Made by a program: the position numbers and the translations under genes
From: a virus
Lineage: Duplodnaviria; Caudoviricetes
Strand: one strand, 5' to 3'
Length of the DNA stretch: 64,000 nucleotides
Virus record (IMG/VR): IMGVR_UViG_3300032307_000764
Location: 160,001-224,000 of that record
The notes under the pieces: generated by a model
Database searches by the model: none
What the model was told of the DNA's origin: nothing
Seen by the model: only the letters and a program-made list of their open reading frames with translations
Part shown: positions 20,636 to 29,617 of the stretch, in pieces
Numbering within the stretch: position 1 is the first letter of the stretch
Layout of the letters: every line of letters starts with the position of its first letter

Positions 20636-21274
20636 ATGGGTTATCGTAATTATATAGGATCTTTACCTAAGAAGAAGTATGATGAGATTAAGGAGCTTTC
20701 TTTAAAGGAGCTTTTTATTAAGAGAGGATTGGCATGGAATGAAGAGGATCCTTTCGAAGAAGATTACATCGGACCTTACGATCTTGTTGACCAGACTCAT
20801 CACGAGCTAGGTAAATACGTTGATAGCTTTCCTGATGAATTGCTCAAACCTTTTTTCCTGGACGAAGCAACTCAAAAGACCCTAGGAGATGAGAGTGATC
20901 TATGGGTAGTTGATAAAGATTTCCTACTTGCAGTAATCGAAATGTATCGTGATAAGATTAGGGAATACTATCAGGGTATGCTCGATCCTTTATTTAGTGA
21001 GGATGGAAGACCTAAAGCGGAATTTATGAAAACTGAGGGTGCACCTATTTCTACTGATGATCTTTCCGCTATCTTCAAAGTGATTAATCACGTCAAGGAT
21101 ACGGGATCTGATTGGGGAGTTATGAATCCCTGGACTAAAGGTACTCCTTATAAAATTGAAGGGAGCGAAACAATAGTTGATAGCTGGAAGTTCGAACATG
21201 CTATCTTTCAATTGGTCCATTTGTACAAGACCTTTAATTGGAAGAGAAGAGTAATGGTTTACTACGGTTACTAG
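20636..21274 (+). CDS. Hypothetical protein
   Basis: 212 aa with its own promoter. Confidence 0.75.
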   Translation: MGYRNYIGSLPKKKYDEIKELSLKELFIKRGLAWNEEDPFEEDYIGPYDLVDQTHHELGKYVDSFPDELLKPFFLDEATQKTLGDESDLWVVDKDFLLAVIEMYRDKIREYYQGMLDPLFSEDGRPKAEFMKTEGAPISTDDLSAIFKVINHVKDTGSDWGVMNPWTKGTPYKIEGSETIVDSWKFEHAIFQLVHLYKTFNWKRRVMVYYGY

Positions 21275-21332
21275 GAATCATTTTTTTCTTTGTAGAAAAA
21301 TCTATATATTTGTCTTATCTAACCAACCAACC

Positions 21333-21731
21333 ATGGAAAAGAAAATCGAATCATTCAAAGAACTAAAGGTAGGAGACTTAGTTCTTATTGTAAGCCCATT
21401 GACTAAGAAGGATGAGGTAGCTGTTGTATCGTCAATCATATCAACTTACAAATATCCTATATCTAATGTGGGGTCTACACGGAAGTATTACATGAAAGAC
21501 CGTAAGGCTTTTTATGCAGATGAATGCGGAGAGGTGGGAAATGAGATGATTAAAGAGTATGGAATCTCATCATCAGTAGCAGGAGAGTACACCTTCAGGG
21601 AGGACGATGAGCCAATCTGGAACATCCGGTTAATCGACAAGTCCCATCCTAAATGGGATAGCGAATTATCACTATCTGGAAAGATGCAGTCTGGTATTCT
21701 TAATATGTTTGGTTCTTTATTTGGGAAATAA
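21333..21731 (+). CDS. Hypothetical protein (possible KOW/SH3-like N-terminus)
   Basis: ELKVGDLVLIVSP start; own promoter. Confidence 0.7.
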   Translation: MEKKIESFKELKVGDLVLIVSPLTKKDEVAVVSSIISTYKYPISNVGSTRKYYMKDRKAFYADECGEVGNEMIKEYGISSSVAGEYTFREDDEPIWNIRLIDKSHPKWDSELSLSGKMQSGILNMFGSLFGK

Positions 21732-21796
21732 CAGAAATCATTTTTTTCTCTAGGTAGAATTTTCTATATTTGTCTTAACCAATTAAACATAAGAGC

Positions 21797-22099
21797 ATGT
21801 CAGGAGATGAAGAAATAAGAGCAGAAGTTTCAATCACAATCAAAGGTGAGAAGAAAGATTACGAGATGTTAGTAAAGGATATCTACGAGATTGAAGATTG
21901 TCCAAAGGGTAAGATAGTAATTCTTATCGGTCACGATGAAAGTCAATGGACAGGTACCTTCGTAGACACTGATGATGAGGAAATCATCATTGCTTCACTG
22001 GACAACCCTGATAGCAGAATTGCTTTGAATATCAGCGGTGCTGCTTGTTACCTAGAAGAGATTGAAGAAATTCCTTACGCAGAGGAGATTAAAGACTAA
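21797..22099 (+). CDS. Acidic hypothetical protein
   Basis: 100 aa with its own promoter. Confidence 0.7.
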   Translation: MSGDEEIRAEVSITIKGEKKDYEMLVKDIYEIEDCPKGKIVILIGHDESQWTGTFVDTDDEEIIIASLDNPDSRIALNISGAACYLEEIEEIPYAEEIKD

Positions 22100-22102
22100 G
22101 GT

Positions 22103-22777
22103 ATGAAGACAGCAAGAAAATCATTTGGTGAAGATTACGAATGTAAGCAACCTTGGCCTGAAGAGATATTTGTACAGTGTGGCGAAAGTGGTGTTGTCTT
22201 TTCGAAAGAAGGAAACTACGGTACTGCTTTCTTTGAAGCATTTCCTAAATCACCTTCATGTTTCCTTAGAGGTGAAGGCGCAACAGTTGAGGAGGCTGAG
22301 GAGAAGTGTTGGAACAGTTATCAAAAGGTTATCTCATGTGACCACGAGATGGAGCGTAGAAATCGGACAGATGGTTATGGATACTGTAAGCATTGTTCTT
22401 ACTCTTCAATGGTATTCGAACCGCTCACCAAATGTTGTAAGTGCAATACTCCGACTGCTTACACTCAAGACTATCTTGGTAAAATCTACTGTAAGAAACA
22501 CAAAAGGTTTAAACCGAAAGATCCGAACCCGTCTAAATACTTCGACGATTCTTACCAAAGAACCCCTCGTAAATACAAGAAGCTTTTGAAGAAAGCTGCT
22601 ACCAAAAAATTTAGAGATGGAGGTATCCTAGGTAAGGTTAAATACCAGATCGGAGTAACAGGAAGTAAAAAGTTCTTCTGTGGCGGCAAGGTACTAAACA
22701 TAATGTTCAAAAGACAAGAACTTATGTTGGTTGGTAGATACAAGCCTAAAAGGGAAGGAGATGAATATTCTGATTAA
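22103..22777 (+). CDS. Cys-rich hypothetical protein
   Basis: CDH, CKHC, CCKC, CKKH Zn-type motifs. Confidence 0.7.
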   Translation: MKTARKSFGEDYECKQPWPEEIFVQCGESGVVFSKEGNYGTAFFEAFPKSPSCFLRGEGATVEEAEEKCWNSYQKVISCDHEMERRNRTDGYGYCKHCSYSSMVFEPLTKCCKCNTPTAYTQDYLGKIYCKKHKRFKPKDPNPSKYFDDSYQRTPRKYKKLLKKAATKKFRDGGILGKVKYQIGVTGSKKFFCGGKVLNIMFKRQELMLVGRYKPKREGDEYSD

Positions 22778-22831
22778 ATCATTTTTTTAGTTGTAGAAAA
22801 TTCCCTATATTAGCTAAGTAAAATTTTTGAT

Positions 22832-23185
22832 ATGCCTCCTTTTAACTTAAGTGCAGTTTTTGAATACACTATCATTGATGGATTTCTATTTATAGAAGAC
22901 AAAAATGGTGAGGGTGTACTTTCCGTTACTGGGGATATGGAACATGTACTGGAAACAATAGCAGCTGAAAATAGAGATATTGAAATCGCGAAGCTTAAAA
23001 CTATTTACTTAGACAGCGAAGGAATTTGGGACGGAGTAAAATTTAGCTTCTGCTCTAACGGTGTAAGAATCGATGAATTTATTTTTTTAGATGCTACTGA
23101 TGTTGAAGAAGCAATAATCAGATATCAAAAATATCTAGAAGAAAAAGGAGAGGAACAACAACCTAAATATCTTTTTAGTGTATGA
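22832..23185 (+). CDS. Hypothetical protein
   Basis: 117 aa with its own promoter. Confidence 0.7.
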   Translation: MPPFNLSAVFEYTIIDGFLFIEDKNGEGVLSVTGDMEHVLETIAAENRDIEIAKLKTIYLDSEGIWDGVKFSFCSNGVRIDEFIFLDATDVEEAIIRYQKYLEEKGEEQQPKYLFSV

Positions 23186-23460
23186 GTAGAGGAAGATACA
23201 AAGGATATCGATACGAGATTAAAGGAGACATTATTCTTTTAAGGGAGGACAATCACGAGTTAGGTACAAATCATGCTGATGATCTTTTAAATATCTTAAA
23301 AGATCTTCTACCTTGGGACACATTAAAAGATAAAAGAGTATTCGTTCATATAATTAGAACGGATATGTGCTATGAACTAGTATTTGATTCAAAAACCGGA
23401 AGTGCTATACGATGGAATCAATGTGTTAGAACCCTGAGGGGAACAATATCAATGCGTTAG
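23182..23460 (+). CDS. Hypothetical protein
   Basis: 92 aa; ATGA overlap with the upstream gene. Confidence 0.65.
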   Translation: MSRGRYKGYRYEIKGDIILLREDNHELGTNHADDLLNILKDLLPWDTLKDKRVFVHIIRTDMCYELVFDSKTGSAIRWNQCVRTLRGTISMR

Positions 23461-23480
23461 AACCCTGAGGAGAACAATAT
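23425..23480 (+). repeat. 31-nt tandem duplication
   Basis: GTTAGAACCCTGAGG(G/A)GAACAATAT at 23425 and 23456. Confidence 0.85.
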
Positions 23481-23564
23481 TGGATAACCCACATAATCTG
23501 AAATCATTTTTTTAATTGTAGAAAATTCTCTATATTAGCTAAGTAATCAATTAAACAAAACAGC

Positions 23565-23771
23565 ATGCAAGTTCAAACGGAATTATCATTGACACAATTA
23601 GCACAAATAGCTCAGTCGAAATATCCAGATCTATCTGTTATCTGTAATGGATTCTCAGGTACTGTTTATCGAAAAGGTACCCCGGTGTTTAACACAAGCG
23701 GTCCATCTTCTGAGTCAGTGATCTCGGCTTATCTTTCAGGTTTGATTAATGCAGAGCAATTTTTAAAATAA
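23565..23771 (+). CDS. Hypothetical protein
   Basis: 68 aa with its own promoter. Confidence 0.7.
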   Translation: MQVQTELSLTQLAQIAQSKYPDLSVICNGFSGTVYRKGTPVFNTSGPSSESVISAYLSGLINAEQFLK

Positions 23772-23776
23772 GGGAT

Positions 23777-24004
23777 ATGAATGATTTTATTTACGTTCTA
23801 GTTATTTTGGTTTTATTAGCAGTATCTGTTGTACTTGCTGTATCCTTATTTTCAGAACGATGTGATCACCAATGGACTCTAATAAAGAACGCAGATCTTA
23901 TTAAATATAACCGAGAAGGTAAGGAAGTTCCTTATGGTTACCTTAGAGTTCACGAGTGTGAGAAGTGCAAGAAATTGAAAAAGCAACAAGTCGAAATGGA
24001 TTAG
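23777..24004 (+). CDS. Membrane-anchored Zn-ribbon protein
   Basis: N-terminal TM, CDHQW...CEKC. Confidence 0.7.
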   Translation: MNDFIYVLVILVLLAVSVVLAVSLFSERCDHQWTLIKNADLIKYNREGKEVPYGYLRVHECEKCKKLKKQQVEMD

Positions 24005-24006
24005 TT

Positions 24007-24147
24007 ATGAAGTGGACATTTTTTATATTTGGTACAATTGCGACGATTTTAGGAATTGCATTATCGTCTGACACAGAATGTATTGTAGGTGCTGTATTTC
24101 TTTCAGCTTACGCAGTGATCAATGAAATTCAAAAAGTAAAAAAATAA
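24007..24147 (+). CDS. Small two-TM protein
   Basis: MKWTFFIFGTIATILGIALS... Confidence 0.6.
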   Translation: MKWTFFIFGTIATILGIALSSDTECIVGAVFLSAYAVINEIQKVKK

Positions 24148-24152
24148 AAGCC

Positions 24153-24479
24153 ATGGGAGCTACACTAGTTAAGGATATGGAAAGAGTTAACTGTCCAGAT
24201 TGCAGTGCAGCTCCAGGAGAATACCACATGGATGGATGTGACATCGAAAGATGTACTGATTGTGAGGGACAAAGATTATCTTGTAGCTGTCCAGACCACG
24301 GAGATTATCAAAGAGAGAAATGGTCAGGAATAGCTTACGAGAAAGCTAGGTTAATAGCAGAAGAAAATAACCTATATGTTAAATGGAATAAAGGCTGGGT
24401 TAAATGCTCCAAAGATGATGAAGGAGCATCACACGATCTTAATGAAGCTACATTTCTTTTAATGTCTGGCAAAGTTTAG
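24153..24479 (+). CDS. Zn-binding phage protein
   Basis: CPDC..PGEYH..GCDIERC..CEGQRLSCSC motif known from phage early genes. Confidence 0.75.
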   Translation: MGATLVKDMERVNCPDCSAAPGEYHMDGCDIERCTDCEGQRLSCSCPDHGDYQREKWSGIAYEKARLIAEENNLYVKWNKGWVKCSKDDEGASHDLNEATFLLMSGKV

Positions 24480-24741
24480 TTTTGTTTGTTTAGTTTGTTT
24501 GGTTTAGAGAGGGACACAATTGTCCCTCTCTTTTTTTGTGCATTCTTTTTCTGTGTAGCTATGCTGCATCATGAGGAGGTTCCCCACACCTGGATACACC
24601 TGAAAACACCATAAACACCCCGGGGACACCCAGGAGGGGACTTGCGTATACGTGCGTACGTACGAGGGTTTTTATAGGTAATCATTTTTTATAATGTAGA
24701 AAATTCCATATATTTGTAATAACAATCTAAAACACAAACAA

Positions 24742-25023
24742 ATGAGTGAAACAAAATCCCCTATTGGTTTAGTAGTTTATAAAGGAGACTGGGAAGGAGC
24801 ACAATGGACTATCACAGGAAATCCTAAGAAAGAACTAACTATTAAAGAGTTTGAATCTGCTTATGACTTCGAAGAGTTTATCCAGCAAAAGGTTGACCAT
24901 GTAGGAATTGAATTTGATTCAGAGTTTTGTCAGTTCTTTGCCTATGCTGAAACAGAAGGAAGAGCAATCAAGTTCCTAAGAGATATTGAAGAATACTTTA
25001 AGAAAGTTCGAGATTTACTTTAG
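24742..25023 (+). CDS. Hypothetical protein
   Basis: 93 aa with promoter and terminator. Confidence 0.75.
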   Translation: MSETKSPIGLVVYKGDWEGAQWTITGNPKKELTIKEFESAYDFEEFIQQKVDHVGIEFDSEFCQFFAYAETEGRAIKFLRDIEEYFKKVRDLL

Positions 25024-25194
25024 TAAATCCATCAACATAAAAAAAAGGGTCTTCGGACTCTTTTTTTGTGCGCTAAGGTTTTCCTGTAGCAGCCACAAGA
25101 ATTCGGGAGGAACCCCAGCGAACGAATCTTAGAAATCATTTTTTATTTAGTAGAAAAATCTTTATATTTGTATCAACCAATTAAAACAAATATT

Positions 25195-25386
25195 ATGTCA
25201 TTAAGTCAAGAAGAAAAACAAGAGGTCCTAAAAGGAGTAGACCATGCAATTAACGCTACTGAACAAACAGTGTTGGCGTTGAAGGACACATACGAATTTG
25301 CTCATCTCAAAAGGATCTCAGACATCCTAGTTGCTCAAGAGCTTTCGTTGAAGGAATTAAAAGATTTACGAAACTCAATATCATAA
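25195..25386 (+). CDS. Small coiled-coil protein
   Basis: ATG 25195 after promoter and leader. Confidence 0.65.
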   Translation: MSLSQEEKQEVLKGVDHAINATEQTVLALKDTYEFAHLKRISDILVAQELSLKELKDLRNSIS

Positions 25387-25389
25387 GAT

Positions 25390-25611
25390 ATGAAAGCATT
25401 GTTAGGCTTAGTAGGATTGGCAATTGGAATTCTATTAATTGCTGCTTACTGTGAAAGCAAAAAGGATCCTTATGAAGAGGGTATGCACATGGACTATTCT
25501 ATTGAATGTGAGAACGGTTTTGTTTACAAATCTCTAAATCATCGAAGGGGAACAATTCAAGTTCTAAACTCTGATGGAACACCTTTAAGATGTGGAGAGA
25601 AAATACATTAA
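25390..25611 (+). CDS. Membrane-anchored Cys-containing protein
   Basis: N-terminal TM; IECENGFVYK. Confidence 0.7.
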   Translation: MKALLGLVGLAIGILLIAAYCESKKDPYEEGMHMDYSIECENGFVYKSLNHRRGTIQVLNSDGTPLRCGEKIH

Positions 25612-25720
25612 CTCATAAACGGCCAGGTTGGTAGACTGGGGGATATTCAGCGTACTATCCCAAGTCAAGGAATAATGTCTCGCCAGGCATGGAAGGCACC
25701 AAGATATAAACCGATGAGTT
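25610..25720 (+). ncRNA. Candidate structured RNA (multibranch)
   Basis: AACTCAT/ATGAGTT, CGG/CCG, TTGGT/ACCAA, GACT..GGGATA/TATCCC..AGTC and ATGTCT/AGGCAT stems; directly before a terminator. Confidence 0.5.
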
Positions 25721-25901
25721 ATTAATCCCAAGAGCAATCTTGGGATTTTTTGTGGACTAAGGTTTTCACGTAGCAGCCGCAGGAATTCTGGAGGAACCCC
25801 CGGCGAGCTGATCAGACTAAACCTATAGGTTGATTTATAGGAATCATTTTTTTATTTGTAGAAAAATCTATATATTAGCTTAGTAACTAAAAACAAGAAC
25901 A

Positions 25902-26357
25902 ATGAATCACGATTTTATTAAAACAGTAAAAGTTATATCTGTTCAAGATTGGGACAGATTAGTTGAAAAAACCTATGGGAAAACTTATTCTTTTCAGCAA
26001 CAAGATGATTGCAAAGATAGAGGTACAGAGTACATAACAGTTCCGTGTGAACCTGAAGATTATGAAAATGATACTATTCCTGAAATAATTAATGGGGAGG
26101 AAATGGGTGTAAGTTTTAAAAGTTGGTTGGAAAGAGATCCAAAAGCTCTTTTAAACCCTTCCGCTAAAGAACTTGAGGGTTCTGATTATTATTGGGGTAA
26201 TACACCAGCTGATGAAAAAGAGTACAAAGAGAACCCAAGTAATATTAGCTTGTTCTGGGAAAGAAATTTTTATCCTCATGTAAGTATGATTGTTAATGAT
26301 CTACATGCTAAAGGTATTCTTGAAGAAGGTGAGTATGGAATTGAAATTGATTGGTAA
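25902..26357 (+). CDS. Hypothetical protein
   Basis: 151 aa with its own promoter. Confidence 0.75.
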   Translation: MNHDFIKTVKVISVQDWDRLVEKTYGKTYSFQQQDDCKDRGTEYITVPCEPEDYENDTIPEIINGEEMGVSFKSWLERDPKALLNPSAKELEGSDYYWGNTPADEKEYKENPSNISLFWERNFYPHVSMIVNDLHAKGILEEGEYGIEIDW

Positions 26358-26373
26358 TTAAACAACAAGAAAG

Positions 26374-26619
26374 ATGAAAACACCAACAGCAGAAGAGTAC
26401 ATCAAAACAAATCTAACTGATTTTTGGGAAGGGGGTAAAGCACAGTATACAGGAGAAGATGTTGCAAAAGCAATGATTGAGTTCGCCAAGCTCCATGTAG
26501 AAGCTGCAATAAAAGCTTGTATAGAAGATGCACCTTCAGGGTCATCTACTGATACTGTAAGCCAAGAAGATGTTGTAGAAGCATTGAAAGACAGTTATCC
26601 ATTAGAAAACATTAAGTAG
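26374..26619 (+). CDS. Hypothetical protein
   Basis: AMIEFAKLHVEAAIKA...YPLENIK pattern typical of Bacteroidota phage small ORFs. Confidence 0.7.
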   Translation: MKTPTAEEYIKTNLTDFWEGGKAQYTGEDVAKAMIEFAKLHVEAAIKACIEDAPSGSSTDTVSQEDVVEALKDSYPLENIK

Positions 26620-26698
26620 CATGGAAATTCCAAGAATCATTTTTTTCTTTAAGTAGAATTTTCTATATTTGTAATGTTAATCAATTAAACAAAAACAA

Positions 26699-26836
26699 AT
26701 GGCAGAAAAAATCGTTTTAAGAGCATTTCAAGTTTGGTCAGCAACTTTAGGTTTGACAGTAGTATTTGGGATTGGTTTTGCAATCTATAGTTTAATCGTT
26801 GGTAACTATACCAGCACCGCAAGTTTTGAGTTTTAG
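26699..26836 (+). CDS. 45-aa single-TM protein
   Basis: Manual translation MAEKIVLRAFQVWSATLGLTVVFGIGFAIYSLIVGNYTSTASFEF; own promoter and terminator. Confidence 0.65.
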   Translation: MAEKIVLRAFQVWSATLGLTVVFGIGFAIYSLIVGNYTSTASFEF

Positions 26837-27000
26837 TTTTGTTTGTTTTGTTTTGGTTAAAGAGGAACTTCGGTTCCTCTTTTTTTGTGGGCTAACTTTT
26901 TCCTCCCTGCAGGGTAGGAATCTGGAGGAACCCCCGAACCCCGATTCTAGAATCATTTTTTTCTCCAGATTATAATGATTACATTGTAAGAAAAATAATA

Positions 27001-27285
27001 ATGGCCGATTGCTATAACTGTAAGTACAGAGGAGAAATTCCGGGGAGTGCACACTCATGCTGTGAAATCACAAAACATGTTCCTGCATTAAGTAAGGTTA
27101 AATCAGAATTTCTAGATATAGCTCTTATGATAGGGAAAGCTAAAATAAAAGGTAGCGATGGTACCAATGCAGTTAAACTAAATCCTGAAGGTGTTAAAAA
27201 CGGATGGGCTAGTTGGCCTCTAGACTTTGACCCAGTCTGGATAACATCCTGTGAATTATTCAAAGCCAAACCCAAACGTAAATAG
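27001..27285 (+). CDS. Cys-motif hypothetical protein
   Basis: CYNCKYR..PGSAHSCC...GWASWPLDFDPVWITSC. Confidence 0.75.
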   Translation: MADCYNCKYRGEIPGSAHSCCEITKHVPALSKVKSEFLDIALMIGKAKIKGSDGTNAVKLNPEGVKNGWASWPLDFDPVWITSCELFKAKPKRK

Positions 27286-27347
27286 GAATCATTTTTTTCT
27301 TTGTAGAAAATTCTATATATTTGGTATAACCAATTAAACAAAAGGAC

Positions 27348-27578
27348 ATGCCAACTACAGACACTTTTTATGTTTCCTCTAAGGACAACAAAGTAAGAAG
27401 AACCACAGAGCCCGGAAGAGAGTACTTCATCAAAGGAGGAAAGAAAGAAGGACAAGCTAAATACTTAATCGAAGTATTTGGATACGGCCACGAAGAAGTA
27501 GCTAAAGAAGTTAGGGACATGGTTGATAAAGGAGGAATGGACCAAAAATTATTTAGGATCAGAGTAGAGACCAGATAA
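27348..27578 (+). CDS. Hypothetical protein
   Basis: 76 aa with its own promoter. Confidence 0.7.
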   Translation: MPTTDTFYVSSKDNKVRRTTEPGREYFIKGGKKEGQAKYLIEVFGYGHEEVAKEVRDMVDKGGMDQKLFRIRVETR

Positions 27579-27833
27579 AGATATACAAGAATGGAGAAAG
27601 CCTAGAGATAGGTACTTGCTAAAGTGATTAAACCTCGCTTGTATGAAATCCCAAGTTAACTCTTGGGATTTTTTGTGTGCTAAGGTTTTGTGTTAGCACA
27701 TGCTATAAGCACCCGGGGTTCCCCAGGGGAGGGGTTGCGTATACGTGCGTACGTACGAAGGGATTTTCTTGGAATCATTTTTTTCTTTGAAGTAGGATAC
27801 TTATATTTAAGATAACCAATTAAAACAAATAAC

Positions 27834-27989
27834 ATGTACTCTTTAAAATGTGATTACTACACAAAACAATTCTCAACTCTTAATCAACTCCTAGGTGACA
27901 TTGCACTCTCAGGAATGGACCCAAATTATGAGATTACCTTCAATGGTAAAGGAACCGGTGAACTAGCTATTGATCTTATTCAATTTTAA
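27834..27989 (+). CDS. 51-aa hypothetical protein
   Basis: Manual translation; promoter and leader upstream. Confidence 0.65.
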   Translation: MYSLKCDYYTKQFSTLNQLLGDIALSGMDPNYEITFNGKGTGELAIDLIQF

Positions 27990-27992
27990 ACC

Positions 27993-28145
27993 ATGTTCAT
28001 AATACTCTTTATCATCTTATCATTCTTTACCTTGATATCAATAGGAGCAGCTTATGCAATTAAAGAAAGAAAAATGACTATTACAGCAATCATTATATCC
28101 TCAGTCTGGATCCTTTCTTTATATTTAATCTTATATTTGAGGTAA
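27993..28145 (+). CDS. 50-aa two-TM protein
   Basis: Manual translation; two hydrophobic stretches. Confidence 0.55.
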   Translation: MFIILFIILSFFTLISIGAAYAIKERKMTITAIIISSVWILSLYLILYLR

Positions 28146-28407
28146 GCTTTAGTTCATAGAAGCAGTAATAAATTATCACTAAATCCCAAGAGCAATCTTG
28201 GGATTTTTTTTGTGCTGAAGTTTTCTGGTAGCAGCCACAGGAATTCTGGAGGAACCCCCGCTGGAAAACCCCTAAAACCCCTAAAGTCCCTCTCGGAAAA
28301 AAGTTTGAATTATTTCCAAGAAATTCCAAGAATCATTTTTTATATCGAGTAGAAGTTTCTATATTAGCTATGTTAATCAATTAAACAAAACCAAAAAACA
28401 AAACATT

Positions 28408-28722
28408 ATGAAAACTTTAACAGCAGAACAAAAAGCAAAAAAGGCAGCTTATGACAAAGCTTACAGAGCAAAGAAAAAAGCTCAAACTCAAATGGAAGCT
28501 TTCAAAATCCCAAGCGAAGACAAATTCGAAAAAAGCTTTGACTATCCGGTTCGACTTTACAAAAACTTGAAAATGGAGAAAACAAATTCTTACTGTGCAG
28601 CAGCAGGAGCACTCTTAAGCTTTGTTAAAATCAAAAACGAAAACAACCAAATCGTTTTCAGAGTTAAAAGAACTGGTCGCAGAACTTTCTATACAACTTC
28701 AAATGAACTTATCCAAAAATAA
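28408..28722 (+). CDS. Basic protein sharing a C-terminal domain with 8249
   Basis: DKAYRAKKK; FDYPVRLY...FRVKRTGRRTFYT. Confidence 0.75.
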   Translation: MKTLTAEQKAKKAAYDKAYRAKKKAQTQMEAFKIPSEDKFEKSFDYPVRLYKNLKMEKTNSYCAAAGALLSFVKIKNENNQIVFRVKRTGRRTFYTTSNELIQK

Positions 28723-28945
28723 GAGCATCCAAAAAACAAATGAGGAGACTTCGGTCTCCTTTTTTGTGACCTAAGGTTTTGCAAAAGACGTATGCATGTA
28801 AGACGAGGGAACCTCCGAGACTTTAAGCAGCTCTAGCAAAAACTGATACATCTATCAAAAACTGATAATACATAGCTTTACCATAAGCTCCTGAGGAACC
28901 CCAGCCATTTTACTGGAGATCTTACCAGGAGTTTTTGATCCTTTT

Positions 28946-29003
28946 CTATCCTACTTCTACCTCTTTTCTACTCTTCTTCTACAACTCCTCTACTCTTCTT
29001 CTA
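28946..29003 (+). repeat. Six CTA motifs at exact 11-nt phase in a pyrimidine-rich tract
   Basis: CTA at 28946, 28957, 28968, 28979, 28990, 29001. Confidence 0.8.
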
Positions 29004-29100
29004 ATCACCTGAGGAACCCCAGGAACCCTAGCATTTTCTATTTGGGAATCATTTTTTTATTTGTGGAAAATTCTATACATTTATAACAAATAAAACAAAG

Positions 29101-29292
29101 ATGAATAACTACGCTAAACTAGTTTCACCAGACGGAGAAATCGTAGGAGTACTTGAACTTGAGGCAGGAACTTTAAACGAGACCCTCGTTGTTGAAGCAG
29201 CTCTTGAATTGGGTATTAAATTAGAAGCATGCACTGAGGAAGAGTACAACAATTTTGATGGTGATGAAATCAAACCAAGTTGGATGGAATAA
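29101..29292 (+). CDS. Small acidic protein
   Basis: 63 aa with its own promoter. Confidence 0.7.
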   Translation: MNNYAKLVSPDGEIVGVLELEAGTLNETLVVEAALELGIKLEACTEEEYNNFDGDEIKPSWME

Positions 29293-29363
29293 TTTCAAAA
29301 ATCATTTTTTATCTTCAGTAGATTTTTCTATATTAGCTAGGTTAATCAATATAACCACTCAAC

Positions 29364-29540
29364 ATGAAACAGGTACTTAAAGTCTTAGCATTTCCATTCA
29401 TCTTGTTATGGAGCTTATGTCAATCATTGCTAGAAATCCTTGAAGCATTATTCGCAAAGCCATTTGTGTTTCGCATGGGAAAGAACAGCATAGAAATCGG
29501 GATCGTGCCCCTGGTACTAATCATCTGGTTAATCTGCTAG
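29364..29540 (+). CDS. 58-aa hydrophobic protein
   Basis: Manual translation; its promoter is identical to the one at 29553. Confidence 0.55.
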   Translation: MKQVLKVLAFPFILLWSLCQSLLEILEALFAKPFVFRMGKNSIEIGIVPLVLIIWLIC

Positions 29541-29617
29541 AAAATTTACTAAAATCATTTTTTATCTTCAGTAGATTTTTCTATATTAGCTAAGTAATCA
29601 ATTAAACACAAATACAT

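Larger units (their letters stand above)
17199..27757. repeat. TTGCGTATACGTGCGT(A/G)CG repeat, three near-identical copies
   Basis: 17199-17217, 24642-24664, 27735-27757, each after a G-run; degenerate copies at 793, 2344, 33594. Confidence 0.85.

Noticed and set aside
25681-25702. SRP RNA helix 8 (CGCCAGG...GGAAGG similarity)
   Set aside because: The stem closing the GGAA loop (TCC/GGA in SRP) is CAT/GGC here and does not pair.
27582-27645. Hammerhead ribozyme (GAAA...TGATTA resemblance)
   Set aside because: The core CUGANGA is broken (GTGATTA) and the A15.1-U16.1 pair cannot form.
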